DNA of 64,000 nt from Pseudovirgaria hyperparasitica (lineage: Eukaryota): NCBI GenBank assembly GCA_010093815.1, contig ML996574.1, one strand, 5' to 3'. Below, in pieces: positions 36,144-49,401 of this stretch. The first letter of the stretch is position 1. The number at the start of each line of letters is the position of its first letter. The notes under the pieces were generated by a model. The model had not been told where the DNA came from, made no database searches, and saw nothing but the letters and a program-made list of their open reading frames with translations. The position numbers were made by a program, and so were the translations under genes.

Positions 36144-39100
36144 GGCAGTCGCTGGACGGGCAGAAGCAGCAGAAGTCGAGGCACAATCAGCCTTCAGTAG
36201 AGATGCGCGTGCGAAAGGAGAGTGTTTGGGATGAGAGTGAGTAAGTGAGTGTGTGTGTGGAGAGGGTGGGGGGCCGCACGCACACTCGCTCGCACGTACT
36301 CGGTCAGGAAGAAGATGAAGAAGAAGAAGAATGTCTGGTCGCGCAGGACGATTGGCTGAGCGGTAAAATACTCGTCGTCTCAGTTCTGCTGGATGATGAA
36401 TGATGGATGTTGACGGTTGGGCGATGTGCAGCAGTATCAGGTAGCCCCTACACACTCACTCTGTCTCTCCCATCAGTCTTCTCTCTCTCTCTTGTCTCAG
36501 CCCTAGTCCAGCCAGCCAAGGACGATAGGAGGAGCCAGGACGATTGTTCCCGCACGTGCCGGTGCAGCTGGTAATGGAAATTATATTCCCTTTCCACTGC
36601 CGATTCCAGTAATGCTGCAAACCCAGTCCACCACTTATCGGCGGTTGGACTGTTGGAGTCGTAGAGTGCTTGTGGGCCTTTGGTGGTGGCTGTGTTCCTA
36701 GGGGACGGACATTTTGGTAATAGGCCACCACATCTCCAACATGCACTAATACTCTTCTGCTTTTGGGGGCCTCTACAGCCTTGTCTGTTGTCTCTACTCC
36801 TTTGTGTCTACCTATTACACTCCCCGTCGCCTCGCTCATGGCTTGCCATCCACTGGCCTGTGTGGGATCCCATCCTTCACCGTACCGTACCACCGCAGTG
36901 GCCAGTCTGTCAGCTGCGTCTCGCCGCTCAATAAATAAAATCTCTTCATGTCCATGTCATTCAGCTCTGCGGGAAGATGCATGATATGTTGCATCTCGCT
37001 GTAACTCGCTGCTGATGCTTCGCTTTCTATTTATAGACGCTGCTCCGCTCCGCTCCCGCATAAATTGTGGGGTATCAGACTGTGATTCGTGCCTGGGGTG
37101 TATTTGATGCCTGAGGTGTAATTCCTGTCTAAGGCTTCATGTCTGCCTTGGGTGTTATTGATGTCTTAGGCAGCAAAAGTGCCTCAGGTACCGTATATAC
37201 ACAACCTCTCAACCTTACCTTATGCTCTCATCACACCAGGATCACATATCTTAGTAGTATCTTCAGCTCTTTCCATCCCCTACCTGCCCACATAGAGTGC
37301 GCATGTGAGTCTGCAATGGCTTCAGCGGAATTCATGTCCGATTAGCATGCACTTGTCTGCGACATAAAGTTATGACAAAAGCCGTCATAACTTCAAGAAA
37401 AAACACTCGTATCAAAGTCCCCACGCAGGTCCCTTAGGTGCCTACAAGTCATAAAGAAGATTCTTGGACTCTAGTGATACGAAGCTTGAGTCTACTGCAG
37501 ATGGTGATGGCCTAATATATTTCAACGGAGCTCATGTGTACAGTGTACATGGCCTCGACAATTTATCAATTCCAGAACAATATAGCGACAGAATTATAAG
37601 CACCAGACGCATTCACAATTACAAACCTAAACCGATGCCCTAGTCTTACCAAATAGGAAAACTTGTAAGGACTGGCCTCACCTCAGGCTGACATACCCAT
37701 TTCGGCGCTGACACCCTGGACGCCTCGTCATTCTCGGCCTTCAAGACGGATCGGTTATCGGCATCACAATGCTCGAGTACCTGCTTACTACTCCATAAGG
37801 CTGAGACCGCGTGCTCCTTTGGTCAGCTATGGCTGTCTACAATGGTGAGACAGCCAATCCATGTGGAAGCCTGATATGGTGGTTTCTAGTCATTGCTGCG
37901 TCTTCCCGGCCGTTGCTTCCAACATCCCGGTCTGCCTCGTGGCATTAACCTGACCACCGTTCATTGGGAGGATCTTGTACCATGGTCTTGGGTTTACATG
38001 TTTTTCTGGAGAAGTCTTGCATATCCAGCGATGCTGCGCGAGTCATCGTGAGCTGTATATGCGATACTATGCCCCGGCCCGTTTCGTCGCCGATTACGTT
38101 GACCAAAACTGATTCCCTACTACGACTATTCTGAATCAGAATGAAATCCACCAAGCCGACTAGTCAAGTAAAACACGATACGGATGGCTTGCCTTGTGCA
38201 CAACACCCGGCTGTCGGCACGTCGAAGTCCAAGTCTGTTAGCATTAGGTACAGTTCAAAACTCTCCGTGAGCAAATTGCCACGCGTTCAAACGCCGCAGT
38301 TCTCACTCCTCAACATGTCAGCTTCCTCTGATGGTGATACTCTTGTAGCAGTAAGGCTTTGTACATTGTGCCGAACACCCGACTGTACACTCACTCGTGG
38401 AGAAGACGTCATTCCTGACTTTACCAGAGTAAAGGAAAGAAAATAAGCATCATCTTATTGACGATTCACCGACTACATGCAAGACATGTCCGTTTTGGCT
38501 GACGGTAGCTCACTCAGACATTCGGCTGCCTGCCGCAAGGAGGACTGTGTGCTACTTCTCAAGGAGATCTGTTAGACTCTCCTTAGAGACTGTTGCATTT
38601 CTGGTACACGAGAAGGTACCTCAACCTCTCAGGTCTTCTACTACTACATACTCACCCTTCTAGACTATGCTCAAGAAGCTCTTATAACATGTTAAGAGTT
38701 ACTACCTTCACTGCTGCTATACACGATTGTCACATTGGACTTACCGCCGAGTATCTCTGGGGGTTTATCTACGCCCCCAACACATCTATCAGGATGACTT
38801 AAGAGAAAGACGTCGTCATCGACCAGATCAGGACCCGTTTTTTGTCTCAGAGCTCAAAGCTTACGATATCCAAGCTTTTCACAAGCTTTGATCCACCCAG
38901 CTGAAGAGACTATGCCTATGTGCATCGTCAAAGTCGGCACCCCTGAGGCACTCTGTCGTCCACGAAGCCCACGAGACCCTCTCAACCACCAACGACATGA
39001 CTCCCACTGACGCCTCTGCTTATCCTAACAGCATCCTCACGGCATCGCAAGTTCCGTAGCTTCGATGAAGAAGTAATCATGGACTGGTCGAGACTCATTC

Positions 39101-39253
39101 GGTCTGATTGTATAGACATATCTCGAGTATAAGAAGCAACTGCTTCTTCTCGAGAGAACAGCATCAAACAGCCACTCATCCCATCTCCTCCTCTCAACAG
39201 CACAGCTTCACAAGACCAAAGTCTTCTCCTCCATCCATCCATCTATCATCATC

Positions 39254-40105
39254 ATGATATTCAATCTCCTCACCTCCGCCCTCGCGGCCTCCCTAATCGC
39301 AACCTCCCTCGCCTCCCCCCTTACAACCACCACCTCCCCCAACCCAAACAGCATGCCCGCAAGCCTCGCAAAACGCACCATCAACCCCAAAACCGCCAAC
39401 GGCGCCTACACCCAGTCCCAACGCGACGCCCAGCGCGCCGCCCTCATCCTCGCCGGCACCGAACAAGCCCGCCAATCCATCCTCCTCCCCAGCCCCCCCG
39501 ACGCCACAAACATCACCTTCCAATTCATCAACAACACCGTCGCCCCGCCCACCGGCGGCACAATCTTCCTCTCCACCCTCGCCAGCTTCCCCGCCCTCGA
39601 GGGCTCCTCGGTCGCCATGGCAATCGGCTTCATGAACCCCTGCGCCCTCAACACGCCCCACATCCACCCGCGCGCAAACGAGTTCCTCACCGTCGTCCAG
39701 GGCTCCCTCATCGGCTCCGTCATGCTTGAGCGCGACTCCGGCTTCGGAAACGTCGTCGGTGCGAACGGCGGCAACCCCATCGAACCCTCCGCCATCGCTC
39801 AGGCGGACGCCGTGCTCGCGAATTACACCGGCATGCTCTTCCCCAAGGGCAAGGTGCACTGGCAGTTCAACAACGAGTGCGAGCCCGCCGTGTTTGCGGC
39901 CGCGTTTGACGACGCGGATCCCGGGCGCGCGGAGATTGCGGCGCAGTTTTTCAGTGGCTTGCCTGCTGATACCGAGTTTAGCGCGACGGGCAATCAGCTG
40001 GATACGTTGAGTCCTGAGCAGATTTCCAAGTTGAGGGATAGTATTCCGAGTACGTTTGTGACGCTCAGTCAGGATTGTGCGAAGAGGTGTGGGATTCCGG
40101 CGTAG
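39254..40105 (+). CDS. Secreted germin-like / spherulin-1-type cupin
   Basis: Hydrophobic signal peptide; cupin motif 1 PCALNTPHIHPRANEF and motif 2 FPKGKVHWQFN. Confidence 0.9.
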   Translation: MIFNLLTSALAASLIATSLASPLTTTTSPNPNSMPASLAKRTINPKTANGAYTQSQRDAQRAALILAGTEQARQSILLPSPPDATNITFQFINNTVAPPTGGTIFLSTLASFPALEGSSVAMAIGFMNPCALNTPHIHPRANEFLTVVQGSLIGSVMLERDSGFGNVVGANGGNPIEPSAIAQADAVLANYTGMLFPKGKVHWQFNNECEPAVFAAAFDDADPGRAEIAAQFFSGLPADTEFSATGNQLDTLSPEQISKLRDSIPSTFVTLSQDCAKRCGIPA

Positions 40106-40379
40106 AGGCGGTAGTTTTACACTTGGGGAAATAGGGGTGGGGGGACCTGGGGGCTGGTATAAGCTTGGAGGGTGCGGGACTTTCATTTGTTTACTGTTTC
40201 TTTGGCTCGTACACACGTACACACACACTCTCTCTCTGTCTCTATTTCTTTCTTACCATCCCTTCATTCCATTCTCTTCTTCCATCCACTTTATTCTCTA
40301 CAAACCCCAGAGCATCGGAAATAGTAGCAGATCCTTATAGTCCCTCTTTTATCCATCTCCATCTCTTACTACAAACCGC

Positions 40380-40900
40380 GTAGATACAACATATATGAGA
40401 TTTTAAGATATAGATAGAATATATAGAGGAAGGCACCCGACCCAGAATTGAACTAGTCATTTACTCCTTACTCCCTATTTCCCCCCCTTCGCTCTTATAT
40501 TCTCTTCTATCTCTGCTCTTTACTCTATGATGCCCGATTATTAGTCCAGGATAGTATATAGTACAGAGTATAAACGCAGTAGAGGAAATAGAACAAATAG
40601 AACAAATAGAAGAAACAGAACTTATGTGTACACATAGTAAAGGCAGCGAATCCGGCCTGGTCTCGGTTAGTAGCGATGTATGTAGAGTGAAATTAGAAGT
40701 AGGGATCGAGGGAGAGGGTAGGTAGGCAGGTATTAGATCAACAAGGGGTATAAATAGCCAAAGATATATAGAGAAGAGACTATATACAGTAGGGATTATC
40801 TAGAGGAGAGGTTATATAAAATAGAGGTTATATAAACTAGAGGTCAAATAGAAGTAGAGGTTATAAAGAGCTACAGTTATAGATAGTTGGTAGGTGTTAG
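40380..40900. repeat. AT/TpA-rich degenerate tract (RIP-like relic) with short tandem units
   Basis: Abrupt drop in GC; AAATAGAAC repeats near 40586-40620; TAGAGGTTATATAAA-like units at 40801-40868. Confidence 0.55.
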
Positions 40901-41175
40901 ATCACACACGGTGGCTTACTGCTACAATAAAGCTGTGGGACATGAACTTTATATAAATAGAAGTGGGTATGTGAATGGTAGAACTTCAAGTCTCTTATCC
41001 TCAAATTAGTCGATGTCAACATTGTGCCATGTAGGATCCTATCACTCTCAACTATGGGTATTATATTCGCTGTATAATGTCTAGTCAGTCCATCTATCAA
41101 CCAAATCTGATCTATGCCTGATTCCAACAAATCGTACACGTCTCGTCATAGCATTTTCAAGTCGTACAAACTCGT

Positions 41176-42158
41176 CTAGCACAATCCAAGCACAAAAACA
41201 AGCGCCATCACACCGGCGCCGACAATGCCTGCATTACCACCCTGCATCAGCGAAGCAGTGCCGGTCTGCGTAGGTGCAGCACCCGTTCCAGTTGTGCCGC
41301 TCGGGCTTGTGCCGGTTGGTTCCGCAGCTCCAGTCTCGCTGGCCGTAGGCTGGCCACTACCACTGCTCGTTGGCGTGGCTGACGGCGTCATCGAGCTCGA
41401 CCCATCGGTATCGCTGCCGTTGAACTTGCCAACAACGTAGTCCGCCGCCGTAGTGCCGTACTCGCCGATGTAGCTGACGTGAATTTCCACGCTGTCGCCG
41501 CGGTCGCAGAAGTAATCGCGTGCATCGCAGTAGCTTTGCACACGGCCGACCAAGCCCAACTCTTCCCAGTCGTTATTCGGACGTGGGAATGTCGAGACGT
41601 TGGTTGCGTTGCCCACATTTACAGGCTCGTTCTTGACGAACGTCGGGTCGCCCATCAGAATTGCAGCCGTAACTTGGTTGCGGTATTTCTCGTCGATCGG
41701 CTGCGTGATCGGGAAGAAATCAATCTTGTTTCCGAGGAGGACGTCGCCCACAACTTGTGCTCCCTGTAACGTGTGTCAATCAATACTGCTGTCAATCCCA
41801 AACACACCCTGGCATGGCACTATCGACATACCTGGCTGTAGCCCATCAACACCATCCGACCATCCGGGCACGCATCACCATACGCCTTCACCAACTCCGT
41901 CATGTTGCCCACGCCCTCCGGCTCACTCTCTGTGTACGGCGGATCTGTGATGGTGGCCGGGTAGGAAACCGCCGTGGCTGTAGAGTCCGGCACGCGGCTC
42001 AGAATCTCATCTTTCACGGGGCCCAGTATGCCGTATCCAGGCTTCTCACCAGAGGCGCGTGCGACAATCACATATGCGCCATCCACACATGTTGGGGTAC
42101 CCTGGGCGGCAGTAAGACTGGCAAGCCCGGCGAGGGCGACGATAGAGTACGTCTTCAT
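41176..42158 (-). CDS. CE5 cutinase/acetylxylan esterase-family protein, probably GPI-anchored
   Basis: Exons 42158-41832 and 41763-41176. Signal peptide, VARASGE, GYSQGAQV nucleophile motif, MGDP, SYCDARDYFC, H in EIHVSY, S/T-rich stalk and hydrophobic C-terminus. Confidence 0.92.
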
Positions 42159-42812
42159 CGTTGGTATGACGTGGATGAAGTTGGGAGCTGCGGGAGGGGA
42201 TTCGCGAGAAGGCGAGAAATAGAATCGAGATTCATGGCGGTGGGGACGGTGATGTATACATAGTCGGGATCGTCGAGATGGGGCCGATGGGACACTACCC
42301 CAGAGCTAGTGAGTTGATACTCGAAGCGAGGGTGCAGATGAGCCTCGAAAGGACAAGCGTATGTCTGTATGAATCGCGTGTGATGTAAATGGCGGATGGC
42401 TGAGCCGGCGGTTCCTGGATGGCTGCGGTGACGTGAATGGAAGCGGGTGCAGGTTGCAGGGGCCGAGGTTCTTCAAACGTCTTCATGCGCCTATGCCAAG
42501 CTTGTTCCGCACTTGCCACGGCCCGGACACGGCGAAATAGTCTCTGCCTGAGGCCGCACAGCTAACAGGCCTTGACAAGTACGTACGCCACCACTATTAC
42601 TCCGGTCATTGGGTCATCGATGCTGGTGGCCCTCGATCGGTGGCAGGATAACGAAATCAATCGCACGATACAGGGGCGGAAGTCAGTTTTTAGCATATCA
42701 TGGTTCGGCTACTCTCATGTCAACAAGCCTTGGATGGCATACGTCTTGGGTTTCAGATTATGGTCTGTCCCGGAATCTCAGCACTGGGCACATCATACGC
42801 TGGTACGTCGTG

Positions 42813-44581
42813 TCAGAAGACATCCTCTCCGCACACTTTCCGGCACCATTCCTGAATTGCTTCTTGGCTGAACGGACTTCGCCAGGGTAGGTAGTCAGCT
42901 ACGTCCCGAGAAGCCGTATCGATCCAAGCCTTCATCTCTGGCGTATCTGCGTAACGTGCGCTGGCTCGAAGAGGACTAAGAAGAAAGTGACACCCGAGTG
43001 GCTTCCAATGACGTACCTGCTCGAAGCACATCCAGCAACGACGGCACAGCGCGAGGTTGCGCTTTTGGTACAGATCAAAAATCATCTTATCTTCGCTCAC
43101 AGCTTCGAATAGATTTCCTGAGGACTGTGCTGATAGAGAGAAGAGGTACTGGACAGCCCGATTAATGGAAATAGCATACGTAGTATGCCACGCGATCAAT
43201 CCCACGAGTGCTGGATCTTTGAAATGATACACAAGTGGTACCAGTTCATCACCTGTCTCCGATGGTTGTATGGTCGTCGTTTCTTTGATCAAGTCTTCGA
43301 TGCGTGAATCGATGAATCGTAATGTTTGTGATATCTGAATCGCTCGGTTGAGAGCACTCGGTAGGTCGGGACATGCTCCGGGGTCTGGAGTATCACGAAT
43401 CGTGGCAATGGATTTAAGAAGACTGCCCCATCGAGTTGTCTCTCTATGGACGGAGTAGTACAACATTGATATATCACTCCTTCCGTTGCGAGGAGAAAGA
43501 GCAACCTGCCAGTCTGGAGAATCCATGAAGCATGGCTGCCCAGTGTAGCTACATGTGGCGTTAACGGCTAGACTCAAGTTGTTTCATCAATGACATACAT
43601 GGAGTGACCGATCTAGGATTAACGTTAGCAGATATAAAATACGCAACCGTGACACATAGAAACTTACAATACCTGTCTGGCAATCCAGCAGGAGGAGGAA
43701 GCTGAATGTGTTGTCAAGATTTCCGCAGCCCCGGATTTTGATCAAGTCATAGATGGCTTGCATATGGCCCGAAGTCCAAAGCCAATAAGGATTGTCCATG
43801 AAGAAGCCCTCGTTGCGCCATATAATCATGATCGCTGCGAGTGTGTAGTCAGAATAGCGCTGATCAGGGTCTTTAATCGCCTCCCGCAGTAGCTGCAAAG
43901 CCTTGCCATACTTTCGAGATATAAAATTACCATAGTAGGCGTCGTCGCCTGACAAACAGCCCTTGACACTGGCGCTGATGCATTCTGTGGCCGCGTCAAG
44001 GGCTGGAGACACTCCCAGATATCTGGGTAGCTCATTAAACAAATGGCTGAAGCAGAACGTCTTCGAGCTTATGTCTATGGCGTCCATGCTTAAGGCTCCA
44101 ATGAGGTCACACGCCAGCATCTCGGACCGTGTCATTGACATGAGCATAGGCATGGAAGAGGTTACGACTTGTGGACTTCCACGTGCCAGCGACACGGACT
44201 TTGGCTTCTTGATCTGGACATCGGTGTAATTCCAGGAGAGATGTCCACTAGAGACTTTCACTATAATCCCATTCGAGCTTGCTGACGTCTCATCGATTGG
44301 CTCATTTGGGGAAGTGATGGAATTACCCTGGTCATCATTAGGACTACCTGAAACAGATTTCTCTTTCTGGAACTTCCTCCGGGACTTCATGAACTTGTAG
44401 CGATCAGGTGGGCCAGGGCAATCACGGCCACTTTTCATGCAAGGTGTGCAGACCGGCCATTGTTCGTCGCACTGCCTCATGTTATTTCGTGGTCGAGCTG
44501 AGGTTTAGTACGTGTATGTCTTGCCTTGACCTTCCGTATCCGACAAGTATCACAGCGAGACACATGAGGTGCAGCTACCAT
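42813..44581 (-). CDS. Zn(II)2Cys6 transcription factor
   Basis: Exons 44581-44525, 44471-43668, 43612-43599 and 43548-42813. CDTCRIRKVK|CDEQWPVCTPCMKSGRDC; central YGKALQLLREAI...TLAAIM helical region. Confidence 0.88.
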
Positions 44582-47109
44582 ATTGCAAAGATCTTGTGGC
44601 GTCTGAATTGGGTCTGGATTTGCGCAAAAGCGAGGCGACGGATCTGGCTTCTTTATGTTTTCGTCCGTGGGGAACAAGTCCTTGAGAACTCATGAGATCT
44701 ATGACCACACGAGAGCAGCTTGGCCATATTGCTGGATACCGGCTGGGGCGCAATGCTGACACATTTGGTAATGTTGGAGAGCTGTTGGAGCTGTTGGAGA
44801 CCTAACCGTCGTTAGGGCTGCTGGGAGATATCTGTACTAAGCTGTAATGGGCTTAGTCTCGCTCGATGAAGCTCAGTCGGGCGTAGCGTGTTCTTATTAT
44901 GCCAAAGGTCCATTCATGTCCGTGTTCCAACATTTATCGCATGATGCAAATCTCGCATGTCAACTATAAAAAGCCCCCCGGGACTATCAATGCGGCTGGC
45001 GGTTCTAATCACCAGTTCGAGGCATACACCCGCATGTTTGCATGAACAGCCCTTCACAATTATGTTTGTCCACCTTCCAACGTCAAACCCGAGGTTTTCC
45101 TAAGCCAAGTCGGCAGCAACCTCTATATTCTTGAACTATATGACAGCTTGTATTCCAGATATCATTGTATCAAGCTACGTGTTGGGCAACAAAACAACAA
45201 GAAACGGCTTGTTTCTTCATTGGGCAGAAATGCGAAAACAAAGGTGTTGGTCTATGAACGATGCCACTAGGCACATAGTTGACTGTCTATAAGTATGTGA
45301 ATGTGGCTAAACCTGAATATCTTTGATGGAGAGCAGGCCATGACACCAATTATGATGTTCGCTAGTGATTGATATACCAACAGTACAAAAGTATCCTATT
45401 TTCGCCCCCATCTAGCACTAGTACAGGGAGGAGATATTAGTGTGGAACCCTTTGCTGCCTGAACTGTGCCTGAAATGTCTCTAGACTAATCCATGTCCCT
45501 ACTACGACTCTAACTCTCAGACACAAGCATTTCCTCGACCCCTTCCCGCCGTCCAGATAACGCAATGTAGTATTCTCCAACGTGGCTTGCTTCATGTGGG
45601 ATGCATCGCAAAGGATAACAACCAATCTCGTTAATCTGCCTTTGACATATTCATACAAGTAATTATATGCTATATGCAATCTACGATACAGCACGGGAAT
45701 CATGACCAACCTCCATCGAGACCTTACAATCTTCAAACTCAGTAACTGTTTGATCTTTGTTTCCAGCCCCTGGTACCCATATCCATTACCCGTGAAGCAC
45801 GAGTGTCCAGCTCTTTGGCACGCCATGATTGCACAGGCAGTTGCATACCGACATTATTCTGCTCCTGGAACGAGGTTCGGCATCCACGCTCTATGTATGC
45901 GCGTAGATACTGCTAATGTCATAACGAATCTCCTGTATGAAATGCTGGGGACATGAGATACGACGCGTACTTCCTAGGGTTTCGTGCGATTGCAGACCTG
46001 GGCAATAGAATGCTTGATAATTATAGTGTCGTACAACCGCATGCCAAGGACGGTGAGAACCTGCAGGGCCATGGATGCAGATCGAGGAGAAGGTAAAGAT
46101 TTGCGATCATGCAGACTGTGCAGCAGGGAAAGGCGTATGTGGACCCCATCGGCTGGTGGAGATGATGAGCCTAGACATGGGGAAGGGAAAGTATGTAATA
46201 TATCTGCGGACCGAAGAAGAGAAGACAAGGGATGTGGGAGGGACTGTGCTAGGGGTGTTTAGGCAAGTCAAGATTCTGACTGACGTACCATACGGTGACT
46301 TTCTAGACAGTGATATGCTGACAAGCCAACTATAGTCGCATAGTCACCAGTATGGTTTCATCGTTGAAACACAGCCAAGTGACTGCTGGTGTACATGTCC
46401 AAGTCTGCGAAGCTTGGTGAAGATGTAAAATTCATGACTCGAGGCCATACTCATTTGCTGACGGCAACCAGGGGTTAAAAAACTGGAGCCGCCTACTACC
46501 GGACCGAAGTGCCACGTAAACCTGGAGAAGTCCCACAACCTTAAATGGTCGACAAGACTACAGCTACTGAACATGGAATGGGCTCTTTCATGGCCTAATG
46601 AATTGTGGTTAGCTATTCAACAGTTCAGCTATATCACTTCTATGTACGTCACATAGATCTGCACAGAAAAGCTGCACGGCATATAATATAGGAGGTCACA
46701 TGCCGCGTCAAAACCTGTAAAGCAATGGTTTTCACGGTGTTACCAGGGCTTCAGTAGTCGGTCATCTAAAAAGGAGTAGATACTCTGGGTAAAACAAGAC
46801 CACAGCAGATACAAGCTAAGAAGTTCAGCGTCAACATTCCGTTGTTGCATCCGATATTTTATCGGCAGCCCCTGTCACTAAGATGTCCTTGATCAGATTA
46901 TCGTATTTCGGGCAAATGCAATATAGAAGTCTAGCATATATAGCTCTGTTAATCTCAATCAGAGAGTGGTATCAGAAGAGAGAAGATATGGACTGTGCAA
47001 CAGGAACTGTTGGACCCAATATCACAAACTGGCAGAGGCCAGGATTGACCGATAGGACGATTGAACTTAGGCGAAGCTGTTCTCGGATCATTGCCACATT
47101 CCCTTTACA

Positions 47110-47894
47110 ATTCACTTCACCACTATTATTACCATCGTCGCCTTCACTCTTCCCCTCGCAGCAGTTGATTCCCGATCACCACCGACTGTGCAGCATCTGT
47201 CCACGCTATCTTTACCCTGGGTAAATCTCTCCCCGACGATATCGACTCCTCCGTCTTGCACATGCTCACTACTACCTGAGACGCCATCCTTTCTGGCGTC
47301 CCTGGCTTCACTGTCGTCGGGCTCGAGTACAATTACAAGAACAACAATATGCGAGCCGCTATCGTCTCCGGCGTCGATATGTTCAGGTAGTACCTTACAG
47401 GATACGTGGTGAGCTGTGGGCCCCAAAGCATGATTGTACTTCCAGGGTATTCGCTGGGGGTGATGGCAATAACGGCCACGTTGTGCAGAACGAGGATGCT
47501 CGGACTATGGCACGCCATGGGGATAGATAGGAAAAGTGCGAAGAATGTAATTGTGGCGTTTATATCTGGCGATGAGACGCCTTATGCTTGGGCAGAGTTG
47601 GACGGAGAGGACGTGTCCGCAAGGCATTAGGGTGAGTTCTGCTACCCGCCCCTATTGTCTATTAATTGGACGAGCGAAACTTTTTCCTCGGGTGATTTAT
47701 ACTGACTTGTAGGTAGCTGTTTCATAGGTGGTACAATTTTGGCTGCTTTGGGTTCAGGAATGCACGACATACGTACTGTGATCAAGGATAACCAGTGTTG
47801 CGCGTGGCAGGGAGATCGTGGTAATGTGAGACATTACCACTATGGAGATCGGTACAATGATGATATTGTTGCTTTCATCAACAGCAAGATATAA
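47110..47894 (+). pseudogene. CE5 acetylxylan esterase-like pseudogene
   Basis: Reconstructed frame DCAASVHAIFTLG...*DAILSGVPGFTVVGLEY...*YLTGYVVSCGPQSMIVLPGYSLG...AFISGDE...*GSC...DNQCC...HYGDRYNDDIVAFINSKI. Stops at 47277, 47388 and 47628; ATT at the expected start; a frameshift after the signal peptide; intron 47632-47712. Confidence 0.8.
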
Positions 47895-48075
47895 TCTTAG
47901 GGCTCAGAGCTGGACTTGATCATCCTCTTACCTATCTGATACATCCACGTTGTAATAACTAATGCACTGGCATGAATAGCAGAAGAATCATTCAGTTAGT
48001 TATAATCCCGAAAAAAGCTCCAATCGCCACGAATACGGTGCGTAAAATTTATAGCAATATCAGACATCAAAGATC

Positions 48076-48998
48076 TTAAACCGTCATATAAAGCGTAGCC
48101 CCCAGCCCAACTCCAACACCCACACAAATAAACAAATTCCGCCAACACGCCCGATGCGCCTTCCGCAACATCTCCGATATCTTCAAAATCAATTCCGGCG
48201 ACGTATTCCCGCTCGGAAATTCCTCCTCCGGCACCTCCTTTCCCAAAAACGCACATAACGGCTCCCACCCATCGCCAATTTGCCACTCTAGAAACCGCCC
48301 GGGCTCTCCCACCATCAACCCCCTCACCATCGCTGCATGCTCCTTATACACCCAATCCATATTCGCCTCAATACCACGCGGGCCTTCACACCGCCAAAAA
48401 CAAACCGCTGCCTGTCGCCCGCGATCGAGCCAGAACCGCTCCGTGCCGAACATGCACAGCAAGCGCGCCAGTGGCCGGGCCGTAGATACCATTGCAGGCA
48501 CGATCGTCCCCGCAAACGAGGCGTGCCAGGCCGCGACGTCGCGCGTGTTGAGGATTACCTTGGCGTCCGGATATGCGGCGACGAGCTCGGCAGCGTTGTA
48601 CCCGGCGGGTGAGGAGTCGAGCACGGCAGTGTAGGGCCCCAAGACGGAGTCGTAGAAGGCGGTATCGAGGGCAAGGGGGTAGCCGGCGTATTTTGCACGG
48701 CGGGCTTGATCCCAGCGGACGAGGTCGGCGGTGTCTGCGACTGCGTTGAAGCCGTGGTAGCTGTGGGGTGTGAGATTGCCGTGTGTGGTGGTGGTGGTGG
48801 TGCTGCTGCTGGGAGAGTGGCTTACGGCTTGTAGTCGAGGATCGCAAGGGCGCGGGAGAGCGATTCGGTACCGCTACGGGAGAGGCCGAGACAGAGGATT
48901 TGCATTGGCTCGGAGCGTGTGCGTTCCGGGGGTGGGACCCAGTGAAGGTGTTCCATGAAGGAGGACTCCATGATCCAATGTATTATAGCTGAGGCCAT
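48076..48998 (-). CDS. Sulfotransferase-like P-loop protein (Sulfotransfer_4 type) with C-terminal hydrophobic tail
   Basis: Exons 48998-48826 and 48760-48076. QILCLGLSRSGTESL, YHG, AAYPDAKVILNTRD..AWHAS, GWEPLCAFLGKEVPEEEFPSGN. Confidence 0.88.
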
Positions 48999-49401
48999 CT
49001 TGTCGGGTTGTTTTGGCGATAATTCAGCCTGTTCGGAGGTTGTTGTGATGTACTTGGAATAGGGGCTACTGCACGGACATGCGGATTAGTTCAGTCGAGT
49101 CCGGATTTCACTACCAACTCCCGTCTGGAGTATTGGAGAGCGACACTGTGGCGTGATGTGACTTCACACAGCGATCGTCAATTCAAAGCTTAACGAATGT
49201 GATATTTCCTGCCCTTGTTGCCTTTTATATATACTTGATGCTGATAGAGAGTGGGGACTTGAAAGTCACTAAACTAGCTTGAGACATCACTACATGAGCC
49301 CACTCAACCCATGCTTCTGATTGGCTCAAGTATCCAACGTATACCCTTGTAGCTTGACCCGCGATTCAAGCACTCCCTGGTCGCTGCTCGGAACCCCAGC
49401 A

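Noticed and set aside
37640..37860. Short hairpins (AGTCTTAC/GTAAGGACT; TGGCTGTCT/AGACAGCCA) suggesting an ncRNA
   Set aside because: Isolated stems of 8-9 bp are expected by chance; no C/D, H/ACA, riboswitch or telomerase-template motif recognised.
39293..40228. 311-aa ORF antisense to the cupin gene
   Set aside because: Explained by the extreme codon bias of the sense gene; no domain signal.
40431..40458. tRNA T-arm/B-box-like string on the minus strand (CTAGTTCAATTCTGG)
   Set aside because: No D-arm, anticodon arm or matching acceptor stem; it sits in a degenerate AT-rich tract.
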